This document shows positions 1-8,507 of a DNA stretch of 11,110 nucleotides, piece by piece. Source of the DNA: Sulfolobales archaeon. GTDB lineage: Archaea > Thermoproteota > Thermoprotei_A > Sulfolobales > AG1. The stretch spans positions 1 through 11,110 of the forward strand of contig JAWBYA010000017.1 in assembly GCA_038867615.1 (NCBI GenBank), written 5' to 3'. The position numbers and the translations under genes were made by a program. Below the pieces are notes generated by a model that was not told where the DNA came from, ran no database searches, and saw nothing but the letters and a program-made list of their open reading frames with translations. The stretch's first letter is position 1. Each line of letters begins with the position of its first letter.

Positions 1-32
1 AAACTCTCCCAACAATGAAGACAAAGATGCAA

Positions 33-91
33 TCTGACCTCCTCCCCGCTCTAAGGGAACCCTCGCCCTTCAGGGCGGGGAGGAGGTCAGA
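33..91. mobile_element. Two IS200/IS605-family (tnpB-type) right-end remnants fused in inverted orientation (MITE-like relic)
   Basis: GGAACCCTCGCCCTTCAGGGCGGGGAGGAGGTCAG (56-90) has the hairpin + TCAG terminus typical of crenarchaeal IS605/IS1341 right ends. Bases 33-49 (TCTGACCTCCTCCCCGC) are a perfect 17-bp inverted copy of 75-91. There is no tnpA or tnpB in between. Confidence 0.8.
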
Positions 92-467
92 GCGGGAGAA
101 GCCCTGAGGAGCTCATTGAGCTGCTGAAGAGGCATGGGATCAGGGTTCTCGTGGATGTGAGACACGGAAAAAGAGCTAGAAAGGGTTTTTCACCCGCAGA
201 TCTTATGAAGAGGCTGGAGGAGCATAGCATAGTCTATACCTCCATGCCATTCCTAGGTGTTCCGAGGATTATCAGAGAGCCCTACATAAATGGAAGGATA
301 TCTTTCGACTGCTTTAAACAATGGTATCTCTGGTGGGTCGAAAAGAACAGAGGAGAGTGGGAAGATGCAAGCCAAGGGGAGAGCAGAAGCATTACTGCCA
401 CAGAGATATACTGGCTGACTACCTAGTAGAAAGGGGGTTCTTTGAAGATAGATTCGATATTGAGTAG
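91..467 (+). pseudogene. DUF488-family protein, 5'-truncated and frameshifted
   Basis: The frame from 91 reads SGRSPEELIELLKRHGIRVLVDVR...GFS...LG, the DUF488 N-terminal signature. The C-terminal motif YCHRDILADYL...* is in a different frame (381-467). The start is replaced by the IS end. Confidence 0.8.
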
Positions 468-640
468 CAGAACCTTAGGCAAATATTGATCTCTAGATCA
501 TGTTGCGTTATCCGCTATGGACTTATGATTAGAGATTATAATCATAAGCAGGGCTTAGGCAACAGAGTTGCTTAAGGGGACTTCCGCAACCGATGAAAGA
601 GATCCTGGAGGCTATGAAGTCTAGTTAATTAATATTGTTC

Positions 641-1615
641 TCAGATCTTATCACATCTGAGGGTTTTCATCATGAGTAGCGTTGTATCAGATCCGAATTT
701 CTTTCCACGGGCTAACCTGTTATAGTCATACCTTAATATTGTACACCATATTTTCTCTGCATTCTCCACCATTTTCTCCCTAACGTAACGGGACATAGAT
801 GCTATGGTCTCTGCTATATCCACTCCACCCTGTCCTTCTATTACTTGAAGGCAGTCCACCCATAGATACATAAGATTATCTACCTTCCTACTCCTTGTTC
901 TAGAAGTATAGTGATTAGTCATATCAAATCCATATCTAATAAGATCCCAAGGATTCTTAACATTCTCTAGCACTATGATCTCGATAGCTTTAAAGGTGCT
1001 GATCTCACTCTCAAAACCTATCCTTATGAAGTCTCTGAGGCTATTCATAACATCTTTAACAGCTTTGTCGAAGCCGTCTTCATATCCACTAAGCTTTCTC
1101 TGCCTTATGCACTCATCGATCTCATTATTTCTCCTTTCGATACTCTCTATAGTGTATTCTGAATATTCTTCATTATCCTTATCATCAATAGAGGATCTTT
1201 GAGATCCTATGTTATTCTCGGTGATTGCTATGCACTCATTATCCTCATTCTTATACTTTTTCGACCATTGGCTTAAGATCTGCCCCAAAACTATATTTTC
1301 AATCTTATCCAAGTAATGGTGTAGCACATAGTAACAGAGACCCTTCTCTCCATACTTGTTTAGCACATCCCTAGCCTGTGAGAACAATGTATCACAACTC
1401 ACCCTAGCTTTATCATGCATTTTCTTATCATCAATGTCAGAGCTAACTGTAAAGGGAGAAAGATAAAAGCGTATGATATCCTTTTTTATAGGGTTATAGG
1501 TGATCGACCCACTAGGAGTTATATTAGAATGTTCGTCTATAGTTTTATCGATCTCTCTATTATAATACTTACAGATCAGCCTACCAATAGCCATATGAGC
1601 ACCATGAGAAGGCAT
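641..1615 (-). CDS. Hypothetical protein (324 aa), possibly a metal-dependent hydrolase (Zn-dependent phospholipase C/YdjM-like His motifs)
   Basis: Long ORF with a GGGG RBS-like element upstream. It has N-terminal MPSHxxH, a middle D...HD and YVLHHYLD, an arrangement reminiscent of helical Zn-hydrolases. The family assignment is tentative. Confidence 0.65.
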   Translation of the reverse strand: MPSHGAHMAIGRLICKYYNREIDKTIDEHSNITPSGSITYNPIKKDIIRFYLSPFTVSSDIDDKKMHDKARVSCDTLFSQARDVLNKYGEKGLCYYVLHHYLDKIENIVLGQILSQWSKKYKNEDNECIAITENNIGSQRSSIDDKDNEEYSEYTIESIERRNNEIDECIRQRKLSGYEDGFDKAVKDVMNSLRDFIRIGFESEISTFKAIEIIVLENVKNPWDLIRYGFDMTNHYTSRTRSRKVDNLMYLWVDCLQVIEGQGGVDIAETIASMSRYVREKMVENAEKIWCTILRYDYNRLARGKKFGSDTTLLMMKTLRCDKI

Positions 1616-1638
1616 AATATCAACCCCAAGTACTTAGT

Positions 1639-1678
1639 GTGAGCTACCCCGCCCTTAAGGACGGGGTTTTCGCTTCCC
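1639..1678 (-). mobile_element. Isolated IS200/IS605-family right-end remnant
   Basis: The minus strand reads GGGAAGCGAAAACCCCGTCCTTAAGGGCGGGGTAGCTCAC. This is an imperfect hairpin (1646-1667) followed by a TAGCTCAC terminus, typical of tnpB-element right ends. Confidence 0.75.
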
Positions 1679-2199
1679 TAACCCCCCTTATTTATAACCA
1701 TGTATATGTTAATCCTATCTTCAATACTATATATTACGAATGGCTTCTCCTTAGTTCCTGGCATTCCTGGAGAGCCTGGGGGCATTCCTGGGAGCGATAT
1801 CCCCTTGATATCTGGTCTCTCGTTAAGGAGCTTCTTAATAGCCTCCGCAGGCACATGCCCAACCACTATATAGCCCTCTACAATTGATACGTGGCATGAT
1901 CTCAGCTCCATCGGGATACCAAGGCGATCCATAACAGAATCTATATCATCTACAATAGCTATCTCAACCCTAGCACCCAAGTTGGAGAGATATCTAGCAT
2001 ATTGTGAGCAACATTCACATAGCCTGGGCTTTATAAGAGATATTTCGACTCCATCATGCCTAATCCTAGCATCGCTGGATATGCTGGATATCGAGATATG
2101 GAGAGCTATGGATATAATAGCAGCAGCTATAACTGGTATTAGCAATGAATAGAGAAGCCTTCTAGAGGTTCTCCTCCCCACCCTCCTTGTTCTCTTCAT
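1678..2199 (-). CDS. DUF411-family (CopG-like) exported metal-binding protein
   Basis: Motifs CECC, LxSCHVS, GYxVxGHVPAEAI and LPGMPxGSPGM match DUF411. The N-terminus is basic followed by a hydrophobic signal/anchor. GGTGG RBS upstream. Confidence 0.9.
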   Translation of the reverse strand: MKRTRRVGRRTSRRLLYSLLIPVIAAAIISIALHISISSISSDARIRHDGVEISLIKPRLCECCSQYARYLSNLGARVEIAIVDDIDSVMDRLGIPMELRSCHVSIVEGYIVVGHVPAEAIKKLLNERPDIKGISLPGMPPGSPGMPGTKEKPFVIYSIEDRINIYMVINKGG

Positions 2200-2214
2200 A
2201 ATTCCACCATAGCC

Positions 2215-3570
2215 CTAGGTATCTAGTATTGAGTGGGGATCTCCATATATATCGTATTCTCTCCACTCATCCTCTGTCCTTCTCTTTCTCCTCGACTTCC
2301 TAGTTCTTCTCTTCAGCTCCTCCAAATACTCCTCATCCACATCCTCCCAGCCCTCCTCCTCAACCATGCTCTTCACCATGCTCTGAGCCTTCCTCCTCAA
2401 AATCTCCTCAAGCTCTGGATCAGTCTCCAACCCCCTCTCCTCCGTCTGCCCCCCACCACCTTCTCTAAGGACTTTCACCAGGTTTATTGAGATCCCTCTG
2501 AATAACTCCCTATAGTAGTTATTCACCATAGGGTCTAGCTGTGCAATAGAGTTGATTAGCTGTTTAGTGCTTGTTGGCTCTCCGTCTGGCTTTACTTGGT
2601 ACTCCTTATCATCAACAACTATGTAGATCTCCTCTGGTATGTATCTCTGTATCGCCTTGATAGCTGTCTCGATATCCTCTCCATGTTTGAGGGTGCTATC
2701 TATAAATGCACAGGCTATCTTCTTGATCTTCTCGTAAGAAGTAGCCTCTATGGCTATGTTTGGCATTACAGGGAATATTTCTTTCACAGCCCGCCTCAGA
2801 TCCTGTGAAGATCTAAGCCTCGGATCGCTAGCAATATCAACCCAGCTAGGTAGATACTCTATATCATCAACCTCTCCAAAGAATATGTCATATATACCTC
2901 TATTCAAGATATACCTTATGTTGGTCAGCATTCTACCCTTCGCATGGTATTTCATCAGCTGTCTAGGGATATAGACTGCTATTGGCTTTATCGGTGTTGG
3001 TATATGTGTTCTGCAATCAACTATATACTCTGTTAATGCCATCATCTCAGCTATTGGAAGCTCTATCTCCTGCCCATCTATCTTTGCGGTTATCTCTCCC
3101 CTTTCGTAGTAGTTGATTACATTGTTGAGATCCATTATCAGCTTATTCCCATGTTTAAACACCCAGCCAAGATCTACAGCATCATCTGACACAACAGAAT
3201 AGAATGATCTCATAGCTAGGCATGTGCCCTCGAAATACGACCCCCACCAGGGGTAGCACCTCTCAAGGGCTTTGAGTGTCTCCTCATCCAATACTCCTCC
3301 CTTGTGTGTGATGAATATATGTATCTCCCCACCCCAGCCATTAACCCTATACATCCAGTTTGCTACATAGCCTGTTATGCCATCTACTCCATAGTCGAAT
3401 CTGTGTGGGGCGAAGCTATATAGGCTTCTGTTGAGCCACTTTGAAACGAGATAGGCTACTAGCGAGTCTCTAAGATCTGAGAGGTCTGAATTGGGATCCC
3501 CCGAAGCAACTACTGGGAGAGCCCTTCTAAGCAAATCCAGCCAAGCGGAGCTCCTAACCAAGCCACACAT
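2215..3570 (-). CDS. Hypothetical protein (451 aa) with charged low-complexity C-terminal tail
   Basis: Long ORF, 27 bp downstream of the 1171-aa gene and 15 bp upstream of DUF411 (operon-like spacing). No recognisable family motif. Confidence 0.85.
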   Translation of the reverse strand: MCGLVRSSAWLDLLRRALPVVASGDPNSDLSDLRDSLVAYLVSKWLNRSLYSFAPHRFDYGVDGITGYVANWMYRVNGWGGEIHIFITHKGGVLDEETLKALERCYPWWGSYFEGTCLAMRSFYSVVSDDAVDLGWVFKHGNKLIMDLNNVINYYERGEITAKIDGQEIELPIAEMMALTEYIVDCRTHIPTPIKPIAVYIPRQLMKYHAKGRMLTNIRYILNRGIYDIFFGEVDDIEYLPSWVDIASDPRLRSSQDLRRAVKEIFPVMPNIAIEATSYEKIKKIACAFIDSTLKHGEDIETAIKAIQRYIPEEIYIVVDDKEYQVKPDGEPTSTKQLINSIAQLDPMVNNYYRELFRGISINLVKVLREGGGGQTEERGLETDPELEEILRRKAQSMVKSMVEEEGWEDVDEEYLEELKRRTRKSRRKRRTEDEWREYDIYGDPHSILDT

Positions 3571-3597
3571 CCAGTAAATATAGCAAAATCCGCATAT

Positions 3598-6500
3598 TCA
3601 GCCTCTTCTTTTTCTCTGTTCTCTCTCTTCCTGCTCTTCGCTCTTCTCCCTCTCCTCAGCCTCTCTCTGCTTCTCGAGCAGCATATCCGCTTTGGTTTCA
3701 TATCTAGGTTTATCACGCTTTGTGAGCTCTTCCTGTGCCAGAGAGGCAAGGCGGTTGATTGAAAGCTCTTCTATCTCTCTCTCCATCTCCCGCCTAGCCT
3801 TCCTCTCCATCTCCTTCTCGATCTTTGCTAGCTCTTTCCTTAGCTTCCTCCTCTCCTCGCTATCCTTTATTTCCTCCAGTATCTCTCTATGTATCTTTTT
3901 CAGGGTTTCTATGCTCCTCAGGTCGAGCCTCTCCTTGTGTCTGATCTTTTCAAGCATCTCCTCAGGTGCTAGTTGCTGTCCCTTTCTCACAAGCTCAAGC
4001 TCAAGCTCTCTTCTAAACCATATCTCTTTTAGCGATTTATCGCCGTATTTCTTCAATAGGTTTATGAGCTTCTTATGTGGCATATTCATCAGCCTTATGA
4101 ACTTCGAGTGTACTGCCTTTACAAACTCCCTGGCTGTGGCGTAGATCTTGGCATCTATCCTCCTCTTAATACGCTCATCGATCTTCTTCTCCCACTCATC
4201 GCTAGAAGCCCTGTGGAACTCGTGTCTCTCCCCTATGAAGTCGTAGTTGCCTAGTATAGCTCCCTTGGTCTTTATGGCTAGATATGCTAGCCTCTCCCTA
4301 GCCCTTCTGGTTGTCTTGTCCCAATATACATTGCGGTGCTGTAGGAGGAAGTAGAATGGCGACACACCTAGCAGGGCATCTATCTTTGTCTCTAGGAACA
4401 TGAAGCTCCTGAACCTCCTGCTCATCTTGCTACCAATCCTCGGGTCGAATTCCAGCATTATGTAGCCCTCCCTTGCTGCCTGCTTACGCTCTGGTTCGTA
4501 GATGGTGATGATCCGTGTCCTGGTATCCTTCCCAACCGCTTTGCTTGCCACTCTATACTCTAAGATCTTATCCAGAGCCTTTCCAATCACATATGCGTAG
4601 AGGTTCTTCAGTACTGGCTTATCTGAGGGTGAGTATCTATCGAACTCGTCTAGGAACTTGCCTATTTCGCCTAGCAATATATCCTCTTCAAATGGTGCCA
4701 TGTGTGCTTTCTTCATAGCCTCTTTAATGGTTTCATCATCGGGTAGCTTCAGATCTCCCTTCTCAACAGCCTTCTCCACAATCTTCATAGTCAGCAATGC
4801 AGATACCTCGAACACCTTTTGCCAGTCGAAGTCTGGGTTCACCATGAAGACCCTCACAGGTATATCCCTGGGAGGTCTCTCGTATTTCTCGAAGAACCTC
4901 CCTAGGTTTGAGTAGCTGGTCAGCCCTATGGGCATGCCATCGGCTTTTCTCTCCTCTGTTAGTAGTGGTATGTAGTTGAGGAATCTCTTTCTAAAGTCCT
5001 CCTTATAGTCTGGCATATCTGGCTCGATCCATAGCGGCTCTGGGACACGCTTCGACGTAGTCCTACTCCACGGAGGCTCCATCATCTCCCGCATCCCATA
5101 GAAGATCCTATCTCCGAAGACCTCAGCCATGATCGGGTCTGTCCAGAAGGCTGGGTCTCGGAGATGCATCATAATAACCTCTCTCCGAACTTTTGGAACC
5201 TCACCTAGGCTGGTTATGCCTTCTGGCACTATATCCCTTATCTCCCAATTAACCTCCTCCAAGCATTCCTTAGGTGTTCTCTCTGAGAGGCATTCATCAA
5301 ATTTTATAAGGGTTGGGTATCTCCATTTAAAGCGACGATACCCTAGTGCTCCGAGCTGAGGAAGCGATCTCATATTTAGCGTTTTGAATGCATATATGGT
5401 CTGCAGATCTATGTTCACCTGATCAACCCCTAGCACGTGGAAGAACCATCCCTTCCTAGGTCTTATACGTATTTTGTTGCCCTCTTTATCATATGTTGTC
5501 TCTCCAGGTGTGTACATATATCTGTTTATATATGGGTGGAATGCGTGGATTATTATCTTCGATGCTAGGGCGTAGAGATATTTGATCCATGCCCTTGCCC
5601 TCATCCTAGACGGCTTCATCCTCCTCCTCACTTCAGCCTCGATCATCTCTCTGAGCTCTTTCTCCCTCTTCTTCAGCATCCTCTCAAGCTGCATCTCATC
5701 CCACTTTGTTACAACAGCCCCTGTTCTGTATCTCCTCATGTTCTCCCTCTTGATCACCCTCAGCTCACGCTCCCTGAGGATCTCGATCTCGTGCTTTACC
5801 ATTGCATCTACAAGCCTCTCTATATATTTATCGTTATCCATCTTAGAGAAGTGCCTCCAGATCCTCCTATATATCAGCGTCCTAGCTCTGGAGACATCTG
5901 GTATTTTAGAGCCCGCCCATCTCCTCCTAATCCTATACAAGCTTCTACGCCAATATTCTGGGTTCTCCAACTCCTTAGCGTATTCATCTAGTGGGAGCAT
6001 GTTGAAGGGTTTGAACATCTTTAGATAGTCTATTGGGTCGAACTCCCCAAGATACTTATTATAGTCATCCTCGATGTCATCCACATATATTCCGTAGCTC
6101 TCTATTATCTTCCTCATCTTGTCAAGCGCCTCTGCTAGGCGGTAATCACGGTTCTCATCCTTAACCCTTTCCTCGATCCACTCCATCTCCTTCAACAAAT
6201 CACTAACTCCTTTCCTTGGATCTATTCTCCTCCTGCGCAGAGCTGTTGCTGCATCTACAAGTGGTTCGAGATGTCTTAATACCCTTCTATGCTCCATTAC
6301 GAAGTATCTCACGAAGCTTGCTAGGTACTGAACCTTTCTTATATAGAATATCTTTCTAGCCTCTCTGCTCCAGTATCTCCTACCCCTCTTCCTATCCAGG
6401 CTATACATCCCCATGAACTCCCTCACAGCCTTCTCTGGCAGGTACTCAAGTATTCTCCACCAGCCCTTCTGGCTTCTCAGCATGAACATCGCTATGATGG

Positions 6501-7113
6501 CTACGTGGACATATCTTCTAAGCAGTCTCCTAAGCTTATCCCCATCGCTCAGTATCCTCGACAGCTCTCTGACAAGCTCTGCATCCCCTATCTCTACATA
6601 GCATCTCTCATACTCCCCCTCATGCTCTGGCGGCTCCTGGAATTCTGGGTCGTAGCCTGTCTTCGGCTTCCACCTCCGCCTGGTTTTATAATATTTTATT
6701 ATAATAGGTATTCTGCCCCTCTCAGCCCTATACTCGACCCCCTCTGGCAGTAGTTTTTTGAAGTCCTCCGACTCTAGGTATTCCCCTAGCTCTATGTATC
6801 CCTCAACAGCCTGTGCTATGTCTTTAAGCCCCAGCTCTGTTGGCTTGGGGAGCTTCTCTGGGAGCCTTAGCTTGATGATCCTCTCTATCTTTATGGATGG
6901 TGTGAGTCTCACGGTCTTCTCAGCCCCGTCTTCTCTGTATCTCAGCTCCTGCGGCTCTAGACATGCCCATATTTTTATTGATGATGCGTTTGGAGATACG
7001 ATGTATCGTGGGACTTTGTCTATCTTCTTCTTTGCTATGTGGAATCCGTGTTTTCTATCTATATACAGGGCTTCTCTATTCCCAGCCCTAGCTCTCCTAC
7101 CGCTTGCAAGCAC
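3598..7113 (-). CDS. Large R/K/E-rich hypothetical protein (1171 aa) with C-terminal coiled coil; weak RuvC-like motif resemblance
   Basis: 3.5-kb open frame with codon usage like its neighbours. The start is uncertain: the frame stays open upstream to about 7170, and AGGGGG is followed by in-frame CTG codons near 7160. No family confidently recognised. Confidence 0.9.
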   Translation of the reverse strand: MLASGRRARAGNREALYIDRKHGFHIAKKKIDKVPRYIVSPNASSIKIWACLEPQELRYREDGAEKTVRLTPSIKIERIIKLRLPEKLPKPTELGLKDIAQAVEGYIELGEYLESEDFKKLLPEGVEYRAERGRIPIIIKYYKTRRRWKPKTGYDPEFQEPPEHEGEYERCYVEIGDAELVRELSRILSDGDKLRRLLRRYVHVAIIAMFMLRSQKGWWRILEYLPEKAVREFMGMYSLDRKRGRRYWSREARKIFYIRKVQYLASFVRYFVMEHRRVLRHLEPLVDAATALRRRRIDPRKGVSDLLKEMEWIEERVKDENRDYRLAEALDKMRKIIESYGIYVDDIEDDYNKYLGEFDPIDYLKMFKPFNMLPLDEYAKELENPEYWRRSLYRIRRRWAGSKIPDVSRARTLIYRRIWRHFSKMDNDKYIERLVDAMVKHEIEILRERELRVIKRENMRRYRTGAVVTKWDEMQLERMLKKREKELREMIEAEVRRRMKPSRMRARAWIKYLYALASKIIIHAFHPYINRYMYTPGETTYDKEGNKIRIRPRKGWFFHVLGVDQVNIDLQTIYAFKTLNMRSLPQLGALGYRRFKWRYPTLIKFDECLSERTPKECLEEVNWEIRDIVPEGITSLGEVPKVRREVIMMHLRDPAFWTDPIMAEVFGDRIFYGMREMMEPPWSRTTSKRVPEPLWIEPDMPDYKEDFRKRFLNYIPLLTEERKADGMPIGLTSYSNLGRFFEKYERPPRDIPVRVFMVNPDFDWQKVFEVSALLTMKIVEKAVEKGDLKLPDDETIKEAMKKAHMAPFEEDILLGEIGKFLDEFDRYSPSDKPVLKNLYAYVIGKALDKILEYRVASKAVGKDTRTRIITIYEPERKQAAREGYIMLEFDPRIGSKMSRRFRSFMFLETKIDALLGVSPFYFLLQHRNVYWDKTTRRARERLAYLAIKTKGAILGNYDFIGERHEFHRASSDEWEKKIDERIKRRIDAKIYATAREFVKAVHSKFIRLMNMPHKKLINLLKKYGDKSLKEIWFRRELELELVRKGQQLAPEEMLEKIRHKERLDLRSIETLKKIHREILEEIKDSEERRKLRKELAKIEKEMERKARREMEREIEELSINRLASLAQEELTKRDKPRYETKADMLLEKQREAEEREKSEEQEEREQRKRRG

Positions 7114-7198
7114 CAGGGATGCTAGGAATGCTAGCTCTGCTCTGCCGCGCAGCAGCAGCCCCCCTAATAATATATGCTAAAAAACATGCCCAAACCCT

Positions 7199-8068
7199 GA
7201 TCAAAATTAGATCTGATCAGATCTAGATCGAGAACCGACCCCCCGATCCCGAGTGCTTTCCACTCCGCTGCTCCTTTGCAAAGTGCAGTATGAACATATA
7301 TGACTCCGAAAGATCGCCTAGATCTTTAAGACCCCATAGATCGTGGATCAAAAAAGATCCGAGAAAAAGATCTGTGAAAGATCCAGATCCAGATGATCCA
7401 GATTTTTACAGAATATTATTCTTGCCCTCTCCTAGATTTGTTGAATATTATCTATTGAATCCCCAGATATTTCTATAGACTTTGTTTAGATGCCCATAGA
7501 TATGTGTTTTTTATTCATCATAGTCTATATCTTTTGGGGTATATATATCACAAGCCCATACTTTCTATGTATAACTCTGTATATTTTTAGCTGTGTCTAT
7601 TTCGATCTCTTGATCTTCGGGATCTTGTTCCTCGGGATCTTCTTTTTCTCTTCTGCATTTCTTTCGATGCTTTCCATGTTTAACTGATTGTTTTTTATCA
7701 CAGCGATCTTTGCTAGTAGCCTTATATGTTTTTCATGTGTTTTGGTATTACCTTTTATAAGTTTTTCGCCTGATCTTTTTTGATCTGTCTTCTCTGGATC
7801 TTTTCTGGATCTTTGGGGGTTTTCTAGGTGTGTTTGATCTCCTCCAGATCTTTTTTTCTCCGAGGATCTTCATTTTCTTTTTGATCTGGTCTGTTTTTGT
7901 TTTCTTTTTCGCTCGGGATCTTCTGATCGGATCTTTGGATCTTTTAAATGCCAGATCGATCTGTTTTATAGCACACCTGTTTTTCCACGCTTAACCGAGT
8001 GGTTTTAGCCTTGGCTAAATTTTTGATCCCATGAACTTTTTTGCTTTTGATCTGCCTTCTCTGGGATC
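7199..8068. repeat. GATC-dense low-complexity non-coding region with polarity switch
   Basis: About 37 GATC by hand count in 870 bp. The left cluster (7199-7398) is mostly A-rich AGATC, the right cluster (7604-8068) mostly T-rich GATCT(T), and the AT-rich core 7399-7603 has no GATC. Confidence 0.8.
7208..7225. promoter_or_regulatory. Perfect 18-bp palindrome, candidate operator upstream of the 1171-aa gene
   Basis: TAGATCTGATCAGATCTA is self-complementary and lies about 25-40 bp upstream of an AT-rich TATA-like stretch (7165-7184). Confidence 0.4.
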
Positions 8069-8334
8069 TTTTTCAACCTCGATAATCCCTGGCTTTGGAG
8101 TTCGGTGTATATATAAAAATATGTAGCACTCAAATCATAGTCCCAGATAAAAAAAGATCCATCCAGCCCTTGCGGCATTTCGTTCATGCATAAAACGAAC
8201 CCGAATCAAGGGGTGGATGTATATCGAGGGATATGCGGGAGAGATTTGAGTGCTACACATTGACCGCAGATCTTTTACGAGTAAATAGATCCCCAGATCG
8301 AGATGTCCCAGAGAAGAAACCCCTTTGCAAAAAA
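8037..8334. ncRNA. Nested quasi-palindrome; candidate structured ncRNA or cruciform DNA site
   Basis: Concentric inverted repeats centred at about 8189: 8179-8184/8194-8199, 8160-8172/8207-8219 (12/13), 8122-8136/8243-8257 (15/15), 8078-8083/8297-8302, 8056-8066/8306-8316 (11/11) and 8037-8044/8327-8334. Expression is not demonstrated. Confidence 0.5.
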
Positions 8335-8507
8335 CAACTAGAATAGTAATCAAGGGATATTGGCTAGGAAATGCCCCGCACAACCCCCTCGATCGGCGGG
8401 CACCAGAAAAACCACTAATATATTATATATAGGTATATTGCCCCGTCCAGCCAGCCAACACAAGCCCATAGCTAGAGGTTTAAAACCCTACCCAGCCTTA
8501 ATGCATC

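Noticed and set aside
151-426. 91-aa ORF as an intact gene
   Set aside because: It is an internal fragment of the DUF488 pseudogene with an out-of-frame tail.
3598-7113. Firm annotation as Cas12, or as an SMC/ATPase
   Set aside because: The RuvC motifs are incomplete and no Walker A motif is seen. The Cas12 idea is kept only as a hypothesis.
3692-7180. Plus-strand ORFs such as 3692-4144, 5582-6028 and 6758-7180
   Set aside because: Ser/Leu/Phe-rich antisense shadows of the E/K/R-rich 1171-aa gene.
7490-7687. 65-aa hydrophobic ORF resembling a membrane peptide
   Set aside because: The hydrophobicity follows from the T-rich low-complexity sequence and there is no RBS. It cannot be fully excluded.
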